Shown here piece by piece: positions 1 through 9,090 of a stretch of DNA of 46,836 nt. Position 1 is the first letter of the stretch. Each line of letters starts with the position of its first letter. The notes under the pieces were generated by a model that saw nothing but the letters and a program-made list of their open reading frames with translations, ran no database searches and was not told the origin of the DNA. The DNA comes from a virus. The stretch spans positions 1-46,836 of the IMG/VR virus record IMGVR_UViG_3300027123_000194. One strand, 5' to 3'. A program made the position numbers and the translations under genes.

Positions 1-87
1 TTCAGCAGCAACCATTTGATTCAGAGCAGAACGGGAAATGTGGCGACCATTCCGGGCAGTTGCGGTAATAGAAGATTGAGCTACCAT
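1..87 (-). CDS. hypothetical early protein, 3' part beyond window edge (MVAQSSITATARNGRHISRSALNQMVAAE...)
   Basis: ATG at 85-87 (rc) preceded by GATAATGATCACATCGACA promoter-like motif; open to window edge. Confidence 0.55.
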   Translation of the reverse strand, partial: MVAQSSITATARNGRHISRSALNQMVAAE

Positions 88-148
88 GATGAACCTCGCT
101 TGCTGTCGATGTGATCATTATATCAAAAAGAAAAGATTAGCGCAAGCA

Positions 149-505
149 CTAATCTTTATAAATTGGATTTGTTTCAACCTCAACCTTCAATTCTTCCATT
201 ACTCGCAACATGTGGTTAATGGAAGAATCAACAAACCACCATTCAAACGTCTTACCGTTCTTCAATACCAGATTGCCACACAACCCTTCACGGGAATCGG
301 GATCGCAATCCGTACCATCAAAAACGGAATAGGTATCAGAGCTAGGTTCCTTTGTCTTTTTCCAATCAATCCCATGCTTCTTAATCAAAGCAGGAATTGT
401 ATCATGGGCAGGATACAAACGGATAGTCTGGCTATACTTTGACGGTGTGCCATGCCCACCAAAACGAAACATGTATGCCCACATGATCTTAGTAATATTC
501 TGCAT
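149..505 (-). CDS. hypothetical protein, 118 aa (TAG stop)
   Basis: ORF with upstream GGAGA RBS; stop lies in a terminator hairpin GATTAG-TGCG-CTAATC + T run. Confidence 0.8.
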   Translation of the reverse strand: MQNITKIMWAYMFRFGGHGTPSKYSQTIRLYPAHDTIPALIKKHGIDWKKTKEPSSDTYSVFDGTDCDPDSREGLCGNLVLKNGKTFEWWFVDSSINHMLRVMEELKVEVETNPIYKD

Positions 506-566
506 AAAAATCTCCGGTAGACATACATTATATCAAAGGTAAAGGGGCTTCACAAGCCCCTTTTTG

Positions 567-926
567 TTAATTCATGTCGTAGATCGAATCCAATTCATGA
601 ACATAATCATCCCAAGGATCATATGGAATGTAATCATCATGACGAATGTATTCTTCCATTTCGATAGCACTTTGGCTAATCTTGAAATGTGAATAAATTC
701 CTGTTCTATCAATACCAACAACCAGTTTCGTATAATCATAACATTCGTCATGCAAAGGTATTTCATTCGACGCAATCAACATGTCAATCGAATGATCTTC
801 ACACTTGCGCATGATAACATCAGATTCAGGGTCAGTTTCCATTTCTACCAGCGCACCAATCATAGCACGGGTCAGATGACGGGAATTACGGGCGGTAGAA
901 ACGTAGATCGAACCTTGTGTGGACAT
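567..926 (-). CDS. hypothetical acidic early protein
   Basis: ORF downstream of TATAATGAACACATCAACAA promoter motif (rc of ~935-955). Confidence 0.75.
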   Translation of the reverse strand: MSTQGSIYVSTARNSRHLTRAMIGALVEMETDPESDVIMRKCEDHSIDMLIASNEIPLHDECYDYTKLVVGIDRTGIYSHFKISQSAIEMEEYIRHDDYIPYDPWDDYVHELDSIYDMN

Positions 927-976
927 TTTCAAACACCTTGTTGGTTGATGTGTTCATTATACCACTTTGGAAAGGA

Positions 977-1441
977 TTAACCAATCCCAGAATCGTAATC
1001 AAATGTAAACACGGTGCTGTCAGCCAAAGGCGTAATTTCAATTCCAATCTTTACATCGGTAATTGTAGGGAAAGCAGCCTTGTTCTTAATGTGAATAATA
1101 TTCTGATTTTCCTTTGCCATTTTCTGAATGTTACCAACAAAGTCAACCAACAGCTTGACAACAGTGACGAAATCAGCGGTGGCTTCTTCATCAACAATAT
1201 CTGTTCCGGGAATATAGCGGACATAATCAAGTTTCATCAACATGTCAACACATACATCAGTTGCCTGATTAAAGTATTGGGGATTGGTAACAGCCGAAAA
1301 CTTTGAAGTCCCAACCGGCATACCATCAAAACGAAAAGACACGCTTTCATGGGCCTCGCCGAGCATTTCAACGTTCACGGAAACATGGTAAAAAGAACCA
1401 TGAACAATGAAACATTCCTGCTTAGAAAATCGTGATGCCAT
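977..1441 (-). CDS. hypothetical protein (MASRFSKQE...)
   Basis: ORF plus upstream promoter-like motif at ~1460-1485. Confidence 0.75.
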   Translation of the reverse strand: MASRFSKQECFIVHGSFYHVSVNVEMLGEAHESVSFRFDGMPVGTSKFSAVTNPQYFNQATDVCVDMLMKLDYVRYIPGTDIVDEEATADFVTVVKLLVDFVGNIQKMAKENQNIIHIKNKAAFPTITDVKIGIEITPLADSTVFTFDYDSGIG

Positions 1442-1525
1442 GTTAAAACTCCGCAATAAACTGTTTTGATGGATGTATTATATCACATTCCGTTGTAAGG
1501 AGTGTAACTTCCTTGTTACTGAATG

Positions 1526-1864
1526 TTAACGGCTGGCTTTACGCTCAGCCGCAACATTCAGTTGAGAATGATACTTGCAAATCTTGCTGTAGCCAGTATG
1601 ATCAGGCTTGACCCACAGATCAAGTTGCCAATCTTCCAGCGTTTGCTTGCTGATAAAACTCTTGGCGGTCAACGTGCCAGACTTGGCATCCGGAGAACTG
1701 AAACCCACACCATTCAGTTCCTTGGTTTGGTTTTCCTTGCGCTCCATAGCAGTTTGGTTGTTCAGCAGAATGGTGAGGGCACGACCGACCAAACGAATCT
1801 TCTTTTCCTTGGTGGCAGTGTTGATCATGGTTTGCAGGGCATCTTTGGTGATGATGGCGGTCAT
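1526..1864 (-). CDS. hypothetical basic protein, 112 aa
   Basis: ORF with promoter motif at ~1888-1905. Confidence 0.7.
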   Translation of the reverse strand: MTAIITKDALQTMINTATKEKKIRLVGRALTILLNNQTAMERKENQTKELNGVGFSSPDAKSGTLTAKSFISKQTLEDWQLDLWVKPDHTGYSKICKYHSQLNVAAERKASR

Positions 1865-2104
1865 GTTTGCAACTCCAAGGTTCGTTGTCTTGATGTGATC
1901 ATTATATCGAAAATACTTTCAAATGAAAAGAAAAACTTTGTATTTCCAACGTAAACAACATTACAAACCAGTTACATTTGAAAAACACGCTGCCCCGGTG
2001 ATTGTCTCCCCCGTTCTCAGGTATTGATGCTATTATATCACAATTATATGTTTTGTTTGTATTTGAAATGTAAAAGCCCCTTTCGGGGCTTCGTTTGTGG
2101 TTGG

Positions 2105-2401
2105 TTAGAGTTGAGTCCAACCGAAACGGGAACAGTGGTATTTGCGGTCATTTACACAAACAACATCACCGACGGACAGTGAGCGGTTTTGACCGAAAAG
2201 CATTCCACGCAGTTCAGGATTGAAAGGGCTGTTGGAACGCTCGAAAGCAAGCTCACACAGGTCTTCATCATCACCTTCGCCGTAGAAGATTGCGGTCAGA
2301 TCGTACTCACCCAGCGATTCCTTGACTTGTTCCGTAGTCATGATGTAGGAGTCACGGAACATGTGATTCGGGAGTTGCAGAACCTTTACTTTCTTCTTCA
2401 T
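2105..2401 (-). CDS. hypothetical protein (MKKKVKVLQLPNHMFRDS...)
   Basis: ORF with promoter motif rc of 2418-2443. Confidence 0.75.
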   Translation of the reverse strand: MKKKVKVLQLPNHMFRDSYIMTTEQVKESLGEYDLTAIFYGEGDDEDLCELAFERSNSPFNPELRGMLFGQNRSLSVGDVVCVNDRKYHCSRFGWTQL

Positions 2402-2479
2402 GATCACACCTCGTCGTCTTGATGTGATCATTATACCAAGATTCTTTTAAATTGAAAAGAAAAAGAATGTAACAGTGTG

Positions 2480-2890
2480 TTACAGATTCTCGTACTTGAT
2501 ACGTGGGTGGAACGTGACAGTCTGACCAACAGATTCTGTAATATGTTCTCCCTTCAATTGTGCTTCTTTAATGGCACGTTCTTTCTTGCGCATATCACAT
2601 TGTTTCAAAATGGCTCGTTCACAAAGGCGGGCCGTCATGTCAGCCATACCCCTGAACCAGTCCACAGGGTTTCCATACTTGTTCATCTTAGTTGTCTGCC
2701 CATTGTAAACAAAAGTGATATCCAGATCATTGAACCCTTCTTCAAGGAACAGATAACGCACTGCACAAAAGGCATTTTCGCTGCCAATAGTAAAATCTTC
2801 ACCATACAGCAACTTGATACGCATTTCGTCGATGACAACACCATCAGGCCAAGTAGGGCCATTGTACGGATCAAATGTAATGATCATCAT
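2480..2890 (-). CDS. hypothetical protein, 136 aa
   Basis: Long ORF in a minus-strand gene run. Confidence 0.7.
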   Translation of the reverse strand: MMIITFDPYNGPTWPDGVVIDEMRIKLLYGEDFTIGSENAFCAVRYLFLEEGFNDLDITFVYNGQTTKMNKYGNPVDWFRGMADMTARLCERAILKQCDMRKKERAIKEAQLKGEHITESVGQTVTFHPRIKYENL

Positions 2891-2896
2891 TAAATC

Positions 2897-3118
2897 TCAA
2901 ATTATTTCAATTGTAACAGAGTTGATATCAAAATCAAACTCATCTTCACGACCAGAAAAATGATTGACGACATCTTCATCAGTGTGAATCTGGTACACAC
3001 ATTCTTCCTCATGCACCAGAACACCATCGACTTCAATATCAATGTAGCACCCATCGGGGTAGGAGCAGCAACCATCACCGCAGTATTCGTAGCGATTGCG
3101 CACATTGATAACGATCAT
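2897..3118 (-). CDS. hypothetical acidic protein, 73 aa
   Basis: ORF with promoter motif rc of ~3130-3155. Confidence 0.65.
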   Translation of the reverse strand: MIVINVRNRYEYCGDGCCSYPDGCYIDIEVDGVLVHEEECVYQIHTDEDVVNHFSGREDEFDFDINSVTIEII

Positions 3119-3187
3119 GATGATGCTCCGTGGTTGATGTGATTAGTATATCATATGAAAATAAAATGTATGTTATCAGTGTGTAAC

Positions 3188-3646
3188 TTATTTTACCATC
3201 AAACCATATCGTAACAATGTTCTTTTACGTTCAGTGTCAAGTATCTTTTCATTAAAATCTTGGTCTACTACTAAAGTTCCGGCTGATATTGATGATTCTT
3301 GATATGCAAATAAAAATATACTAACATCTTTATAAACAATTGGTAAATTATTCAAACTAGAAACTATTTCATTTGCTAAAATATCGAAAACAGTGTCGAA
3401 ATCATAGATACCTTCTATCAATCTACTAACACATTCATATGTCCCAATATTGTTGTGTATGTTTTTCCACTCGGACTTATTCAAATCACCAAGATTAATA
3501 TCGCTTGGGTGAACTCCAACTGGCCCTAAAGACTCATATATTTCCAAAGTGTTGAAATCATATTTCGTTTTCAACTTATTTTCAAAGTTATATTCTTTTG
3601 CTTTTTCTAAAAAATCTTTACTTTCTAATTTAAAATCAGTTATCAT
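3188..3646 (-). CDS. hypothetical protein
   Basis: ORF; AAGGAAA RBS before ATG at 3646. Confidence 0.7.
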   Translation of the reverse strand: MITDFKLESKDFLEKAKEYNFENKLKTKYDFNTLEIYESLGPVGVHPSDINLGDLNKSEWKNIHNNIGTYECVSRLIEGIYDFDTVFDILANEIVSSLNNLPIVYKDVSIFLFAYQESSISAGTLVVDQDFNEKILDTERKRTLLRYGLMVK

Positions 3647-3660
3647 TATATTTTCCTTTT

Positions 3661-3972
3661 TCATATATTCTTATTATTCATTACAAAATCCATAAATGCA
3701 TCAGAAGGGATTACATTATGTTCTTTAATATAATGCTTATATCCAGCGGGCCATACCCATCCACCCAAGACATATTCCGTGCTACCATTGCACCTTAATG
3801 AGCATAAACGACAGGGCGAATAACCCCTATATGCAACAACTTTTGCTTTATTTTCCAATACAGAAAGACGAGAAAGAAAAGCATCTTTCCCGCCAAACGG
3901 TTTATCATTTGGCACAGGCATTGGATAAGCCTGTGCACTGTAATCGTTGTACCAGTACCCTTCGATCTTCAC
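3661..3972 (-). CDS. hypothetical protein with CxxC-type cysteines (CRLCSLRC)
   Basis: ORF, 4-nt overlap with upstream ORF. Confidence 0.7.
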   Translation of the reverse strand: MKIEGYWYNDYSAQAYPMPVPNDKPFGGKDAFLSRLSVLENKAKVVAYRGYSPCRLCSLRCNGSTEYVLGGWVWPAGYKHYIKEHNVIPSDAFMDFVMNNKNI

Positions 3973-4334
3973 GAATAAACACCATTCAATTCCGCTATAT
4001 GCTCACGATACAGCTTCAAATGATCAGAGGGATACCCTACCACCTTCCCTTCAACCAAACGCACCATAATCGGCGTATAGACCGGAATTTCGCACGTGCT
4101 AATGGCAGTGAAAGCAACCTGACGACTATCCACAGAGACATCACCGGGGATGAGATAACAAAGAACTGTCATCGGCCCCATGCCCTCTTCGTGATATTCA
4201 ACATTCTTGAAGGAATATTTCCCAACGTTAAGCTTTTCGAAAGCCTTGAAATATTCATCAACTTCAATTACAGTTTGAAGGACATAAACATCTTCAAGAA
4301 TGCTTGAAACTTCATCAAAAGCTTGGTTTTCCAA
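3969..4334 (-). CDS. hypothetical protein, 121 aa
   Basis: ORF, ATGA-type overlap with next gene. Confidence 0.7.
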   Translation of the reverse strand: MENQAFDEVSSILEDVYVLQTVIEVDEYFKAFEKLNVGKYSFKNVEYHEEGMGPMTVLCYLIPGDVSVDSRQVAFTAISTCEIPVYTPIMVRLVEGKVVGYPSDHLKLYREHIAELNGVYS

Positions 4335-4344
4335 TTATTTCTCC

Positions 4345-4479
4345 TTAACGACGATTTTTCGTCTTATATTCAGCAATTACCGCAATCAAAATAAGTGCGG
4401 CCAAAATGACTCCCCAGAACCAAACCATATCACCTGATTGGTACGCATATGCTACCATCTCGGCAGTCTGTTGTTCCAT
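4345..4479 (-). CDS. small single-span membrane protein
   Basis: MEQQTAEMVAYAYQSGDMVWFWGVILAALILIAVIAEYKTKNRR; one hydrophobic helix. Confidence 0.55.
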   Translation of the reverse strand: MEQQTAEMVAYAYQSGDMVWFWGVILAALILIAVIAEYKTKNRR

Positions 4480-4504
4480 AGGAGATTTGTAAACGATAAC
4501 AGAT

Positions 4505-4792
4505 TCAGTCACAACGGTACACCTTCGCAACACGTGTTACAGATTTCTTAGTAGGATTGAACGAACCTTGATACCACTTGGTCTTACTGTCCAACACTGC
4601 GCCTTTCTTTGCCTTTTCACGTGGAACAATCGTATCAAAGCAAGTCTTGCCCATCCAGTCACTTACCCAATTAGATGGACTCAGAGAATAACGTTCCAGC
4701 TTATTACAAACCTTGACTTGACAAGTCCCGCCAGCATGTGCAGCAGTTGCAAGGGAAAGTGCTGCAATCATGATCAATTGAGACTTCTTCAT
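4505..4792 (-). CDS. predicted exported small protein with signal peptide
   Basis: MKKSQLIMIAALSLATAAHA|GG... classic Sec signal; 4 Cys in mature part. Confidence 0.75.
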   Translation of the reverse strand: MKKSQLIMIAALSLATAAHAGGTCQVKVCNKLERYSLSPSNWVSDWMGKTCFDTIVPREKAKKGAVLDSKTKWYQGSFNPTKKSVTRVAKVYRCD

Positions 4793-4794
4793 GG

Positions 4795-5049
4795 TTATTC
4801 CTCGATTTCATTGATACGCATTATAACAGGAGTTTCACCCATGCTCAAGTCATAGTCTGTATTTGTTTGTAACTGAAAATCTGGATGACCAGCCGAAACA
4901 TTTTCAACTATCATTTCGTATGGATATGGGTATGCCCAATGAAAAGCAAAAATTATCGCTTCTTTCAATGTAGAAAAAGTATCTACATTCCAATCACCGA
5001 TATTATATTCGGCGCATGGTTTTCCATCTTGGTTTACTTGATATTTCAT
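4795..5049 (-). CDS. hypothetical protein (MKYQVNQDGKP...)
   Basis: ORF in operon. Confidence 0.6.
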   Translation of the reverse strand: MKYQVNQDGKPCAEYNIGDWNVDTFSTLKEAIIFAFHWAYPYPYEMIVENVSAGHPDFQLQTNTDYDLSMGETPVIMRINEIEE

Positions 5050-5050
5050 T

Positions 5051-5224
5051 TTACCAACACTCATAATCAGTAATATCAATAATTTCACCATCAGGGCAAA
5101 CAACAGTAATATATTCGCCTATTCCGGTTGGAACGCTATTGATAATAAGTTTTTGATTAGGATACAATTTTGCTATAGCTGCAAAGCTTTCTGCTTCAAC
5201 GGAATTGAGGGATATTTGAGACAT
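5051..5224 (-). CDS. hypothetical protein, 57 aa (MSQISLNSVEAESFAAIAKLYPNQKL...)
   Basis: Small ORF below track threshold, read directly from the sequence. Confidence 0.5.
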   Translation of the reverse strand: MSQISLNSVEAESFAAIAKLYPNQKLIINSVPTGIGEYITVVCPDGEIIDITDYECW

Positions 5225-5250
5225 ATTATTAGCTATGTGGTAGGAAATGG

Positions 5251-5324
5251 TGCCTCCGGCTGGACTTGAACCAGCGACCCACCGATTATGAGTCGGTTGC
5301 TCTAACCACCTGAGCTACAGAGGC
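5251..5324 (-). tRNA. tRNA-Met(CAT) (or Ile2)
   Basis: GCCTCTG TA GCTC..GAGC A ACCGA CTCATAA TCGGT GGGTC GCTGG TTCAAGT CCAGC CGGAGGC A; CCA encoded at 5248-5250. Confidence 0.95.
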
Positions 5325-5503
5325 ATCAGCGTCTAAATAATGATAGTTGCGCTACTTCTATCACGACAGAATGCAATGTGCAAGTCATCTGTCATCGGTG
5401 TACCTATTTCTAGGCTGAACACAATACTATCTTATAGATTAACATGCTTTTAGGCACGTTAACTTGCTTTTAACACTATAAAATAATACCACCGTCGTTT
5501 TGG

Positions 5504-5576
5504 TGCCTCTGGTGGGGTACGATCCCACGACATGAGGATTTAGAGTCCCCCGCTCTGCCAACTGAGCTACAGAAGC
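5504..5576 (-). tRNA. suppressor-type tRNA, anticodon CTA (amber)
   Basis: GCTTCTG TA GCTC AGTTGGCA GAGC G GGGGA CTCTAAA TCCTC ATGTC GTGGG ATCGTAC CCCAC CAGAGGC A; CCA encoded at 5501-5503; all four stems pair. Confidence 0.9.
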
Positions 5577-5746
5577 ATTGGCATATTGCCTATAATGGGT
5601 GCCAGATCATTATAGCGGTATTGAATCAGTAGGGTATCCGATCAACCATTCAACGTTTGTTAACCCTAGCATTGCTGCCGTTGCCAGATCATTTTACCAA
5701 TTTCGCATTTGTCTGTCAACATCTTTGTTTGTTATTTCGTGTAACC

Positions 5747-5947
5747 TCATGCCGCCTTACGGAAATGCGAATCAGGGCATTGGCCTTCTTCAAGGTCGTT
5801 GCCCTGTTCTTCCTCATCGCTAAGGAAATATTCATCCAACAATTCACGCAAATTACCCTGCAACTGGCCCTGACGGACACGGTTGGTATGAGCGCCTGCA
5901 CCCTTGTTGAAAGTACGCATATGTTTTGCCACAAAGTTGCGTTCCAT
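5747..5947 (-). CDS. small hypothetical protein with FVAKHxxTFNK N-terminus
   Basis: MERNFVAKHMRTFNKGAGAHTNR...; TATAAT upstream. Confidence 0.65.
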   Translation of the reverse strand: MERNFVAKHMRTFNKGAGAHTNRVRQGQLQGNLRELLDEYFLSDEEEQGNDLEEGQCPDSHFRKAA

Positions 5948-6025
5948 TTCTACAGCCCTCTAAGTTAGTGAAAGCATTATATTTAGAAATGAAAGCAAAG
6001 TCAAGAAAAATTTAAAACTTTCTTG

Positions 6026-6325
6026 TCAATAACCAGTTGGGCAGCTATTTGGATCGAATGTGAATTGATAATGAGAATCATACACAACATTCCAGCCAGC
6101 TTTGCGATAAACCACTTCAAAATACAACCATTCATTCTTCAACTCAATGCTTGGGTATTTTTCTTTAAACTTCTGTTTAATCTCATCAACAAGGATTGCA
6201 ATTCCTTGATATTGTGAGTTTGGGTTTATTCTTGAAACAATCAGATCATTAACAACATCAATCATTTCATCAGGAATAGAAATGATACGTTGCTTCATAG
6301 CTTCTGCCGGGGTAATTGCTTTCAT
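6026..6325 (-). CDS. hypothetical protein (MKAITPAEAMKQRI...)
   Basis: ORF. Confidence 0.65.
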   Translation of the reverse strand: MKAITPAEAMKQRIISIPDEMIDVVNDLIVSRINPNSQYQGIAILVDEIKQKFKEKYPSIELKNEWLYFEVVYRKAGWNVVYDSHYQFTFDPNSCPTGY

Positions 6326-6326
6326 A

Positions 6327-6575
6327 TCAAATATCCGCTTCTGCACAATCATATGGAATGTCCAATGTCTCTAATGTACATTCATCAGGCACGTTCAAAA
6401 CAGTGTAATGGAATCCTTCGGAATCAATCCCGGTTCCCCATTCATATTCTTCTTCGGTTAATTCAAAATTATCGCTCTTGCGTTGTTGTTCATCAATCCA
6501 CGCTTGGTTAAATGTAAAACGTGTAGAATATGAACCGTCTCCATTATTCCTACACATCACAAAAAGTTTTTTCAT
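6327..6575 (-). CDS. hypothetical protein, 82 aa
   Basis: ORF. Confidence 0.6.
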   Translation of the reverse strand: MKKLFVMCRNNGDGSYSTRFTFNQAWIDEQQRKSDNFELTEEEYEWGTGIDSEGFHYTVLNVPDECTLETLDIPYDCAEADI

Positions 6576-6594
6576 ATATTGCCTTTAATTATAA

Positions 6595-6861
6595 TCAATC
6601 ATCCTTCTCAAAAGGATCACGGGGTAGTGTTTCTTCTTCGATATTTTCACCGTAGTAGTCGGCATATGCAACATCGAAATTATCAGTTTCAACAACCCAA
6701 ACCACATCAGCACCGGGATGGGCAACATCACATGTTGCAGCGGCGGCATCATCACAAAATGACTTTACCAACATAGCAGAAGGAACATTAACACCGGCAG
6801 GGCAATTTGCGGCATGATACAACACAACGAAGTTGGTCAGATTGTTTTTCATGTCAGTCAC
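6595..6861 (-). CDS. hypothetical protein, 88 aa
   Basis: ORF; promoter motif rc of ~6874-6896. Confidence 0.65.
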   Translation of the reverse strand: MTDMKNNLTNFVVLYHAANCPAGVNVPSAMLVKSFCDDAAAATCDVAHPGADVVWVVETDNFDVAYADYYGENIEEETLPRDPFEKDD

Positions 6862-6948
6862 CGTGCGGATGTTTGTCGTCTTGATGGGTTCATTATACCA
6901 AGCAGAAATAAACCTGTCAATAAATATTGAAAATAAAAGGAAAAAATA

Positions 6949-7587
6949 ATGATTTTCAAATACTTTTTACTAGAAAGCCTTTATGAAACTATTGATTATG
7001 AAGGAAATCATAAAATAGCACAAAAGAATGCGACACTACCTGTTGAAAAAGGTGGGTTAGGACTTCATCCAAAAAATACCGCAATGGAAAGAGCAAAGGC
7101 AATGGGGTTTACCATTCCGGCTTATCATTTCTCACGTCATGGTGTGGATACTGATACTTTGGATTCTAGTAAGTTTGCAATATCACCATTTGACGCAGTA
7201 GGCACACATTTCGGAGATGCACAGACAGCGCATGACCGCTTCACAAGAACTGTTGGTAATTACGACACACCTAGACCATCAAACACATATCCCGTCTTGA
7301 TAAAAGATAAACCATATTTGAATAAGCATAATAAAGAATGGGACGAGGATGATTTGAATTTTCATTTAAGAGATTTAGGTGGTTATAATGATAATAAAAC
7401 ACCATATAATAGAGATTCCGCATTAAAATTACGTGAAAAAGTTTTCAAAAATGCAGATCATATACCATATGTCAATGATGTAGAAGGAAAGGGGAAAGTT
7501 AGTTATATTGCACCTCCAAAAAGTGTAAGATCAATATTTGCGGCGTTTGACCCAATGAAAAAAGATTCTGAAAATATGTTGGATTGA
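6949..7587 (+). CDS. putative ADP-ribosyltransferase-like phage protein (paralog 1)
   Basis: QKNATLPVEKGGLGLHPKNTAMERAKAMGF...YH...IAPPKSVRSIFAAFDPMKKDSENML; matches remembered phage ART-like sequence pattern. Confidence 0.6.
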   Translation: MIFKYFLLESLYETIDYEGNHKIAQKNATLPVEKGGLGLHPKNTAMERAKAMGFTIPAYHFSRHGVDTDTLDSSKFAISPFDAVGTHFGDAQTAHDRFTRTVGNYDTPRPSNTYPVLIKDKPYLNKHNKEWDEDDLNFHLRDLGGYNDNKTPYNRDSALKLREKVFKNADHIPYVNDVEGKGKVSYIAPPKSVRSIFAAFDPMKKDSENMLD

Positions 7588-7590
7588 ATT

Positions 7591-8205
7591 ATGTTTAAAA
7601 ATATATTGGTAGAAAAATTATTGGAAAATTATTCGGATGCCCATAAATTAGCCCAAAGAAATGCTGCGTTGCCTATCGAAAAGGGAGGACTAGGCTTGCA
7701 CCCAGAAAACACCGCACACGATAGGGCGAAGGCTATGGGGTATCACACCAAACTGTATCGTGGTACACCATACCCGGAAGATTCATCATTAAAGGTTAGG
7801 CGTGTTGACAATGGCGAATATGGTATATTTGCGTCAAGTTCACCACATGTTGCAAGCAAATATGCAATGGCTACGGGGAGACATAATGTAAGGGATTCAA
7901 AAACATTTTCTCCAAAAGTTATTCCTATAATGGCAAAAATAGAAAACCCAATTGAAACAGATTATAACGGGAAAGATAAAAAAGGAAACGAATTGTCTAA
8001 CATGCTACATCATGTCAAATATGATGATATAAATGGTGAATATAGCCACGATGCCGTCATAGCTAAAAACTTAGTGGATGACCCACATAATAATGAATAT
8101 GGTGTTTCTAGTGACATATATTCACTATTAAAACCAAAAAACATTAGGTCAATTCATGCGGCATTTGACCCAATGAAAAAGGATTCGGATGATATTTTGA
8201 GTTAA
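7591..8205 (+). CDS. putative ADP-ribosyltransferase-like phage protein (paralog 2)
   Basis: QRNAALPIEKGGLGLHPENTAHDRAKAMGYHTKLYRGT...IFASSSPHVASKYA...PKNIRSIHAAFDPMKKDSDDIL. Confidence 0.65.
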   Translation: MFKNILVEKLLENYSDAHKLAQRNAALPIEKGGLGLHPENTAHDRAKAMGYHTKLYRGTPYPEDSSLKVRRVDNGEYGIFASSSPHVASKYAMATGRHNVRDSKTFSPKVIPIMAKIENPIETDYNGKDKKGNELSNMLHHVKYDDINGEYSHDAVIAKNLVDDPHNNEYGVSSDIYSLLKPKNIRSIHAAFDPMKKDSDDILS

Positions 8206-8220
8206 TATCATCCGAAATCA

Positions 8221-8670
8221 TCACAACATATTTTCCAAAACATTATCTGGAAGTGTCAACACCGTACCAGACGAATAGTAAACCGTCAATTCATTGGGAC
8301 GGGAAACCCCAAGAGAACGAACACGGCCAAATGCACCGATTGCGGCAGGTGTTCTTCCGGTTGCCATCATAATGATGATCGTATTCCGTTTGTTCAACGG
8401 GCATGGGGCACCAGTCAGCGCAATATTACCAGACGAAATATTGAAGTAAGGCGTTTCAATAGCTTCTCCAATCATAACGGATGACTCAAACACCAAAAAA
8501 TTTTGGTGTTCACCACACAAAAAATTTTCTTTCTTGTACGTCATGATATTGAAAATCTTGGCGTTAGCCTTCACGGAAATCTTGATTCCGGGATAAACCT
8601 CCTTGAGCTTGTTGATAACATCTTCGGCGGTCATTTTGAAATTAACAGCAAGAGAAAGGCGCATGTACAT
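8221..8670 (-). CDS. hypothetical protein
   Basis: ORF; promoter motif rc of ~8690-8712. Confidence 0.7.
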   Translation of the reverse strand: MYMRLSLAVNFKMTAEDVINKLKEVYPGIKISVKANAKIFNIMTYKKENFLCGEHQNFLVFESSVMIGEAIETPYFNISSGNIALTGAPCPLNKRNTIIIMMATGRTPAAIGAFGRVRSLGVSRPNELTVYYSSGTVLTLPDNVLENML

Positions 8671-8751
8671 GGATATCTCCGGGTAATTGTCTTGATGTGT
8701 TCATTCTAACACAATCAAAAATAAATGAAAGTGTTATTATGTGATCAAATG

Positions 8752-9090
8752 TTAATAGCTCAGGACATCTTCATCCGTCATGTCAATTGCCGGAAGAAAA
8801 TCTTTCCATTCCTGATACTTTGTAATCACCCAATCGGACACATGATCTTGGCCGGGATTGCGAGTCTCTTGTGTGAATGGATAGCAATAGGATGCAAGAT
8901 AGATAGCAACCCCATGCGGGAATGATATGCCAGCCTTTTCCCACTTATCCTTGTACCCATAACACTTATCACCATGCGCCCCGGAAATTCCTTCCCATTC
9001 ACACTTGAGCAAACCGATCTTTCGGAAAAATGATTCCAGATGTTTGTCAAGCCATTTGTAATGGTTGATTCGCTTTTGTGGCTTTTTCAT
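8752..9090 (-). CDS. hypothetical protein, 112 aa
   Basis: ORF overlapping next gene by start/stop. Confidence 0.65.
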   Translation of the reverse strand: MKKPQKRINHYKWLDKHLESFFRKIGLLKCEWEGISGAHGDKCYGYKDKWEKAGISFPHGVAIYLASYCYPFTQETRNPGQDHVSDWVITKYQEWKDFLPAIDMTDEDVLSY

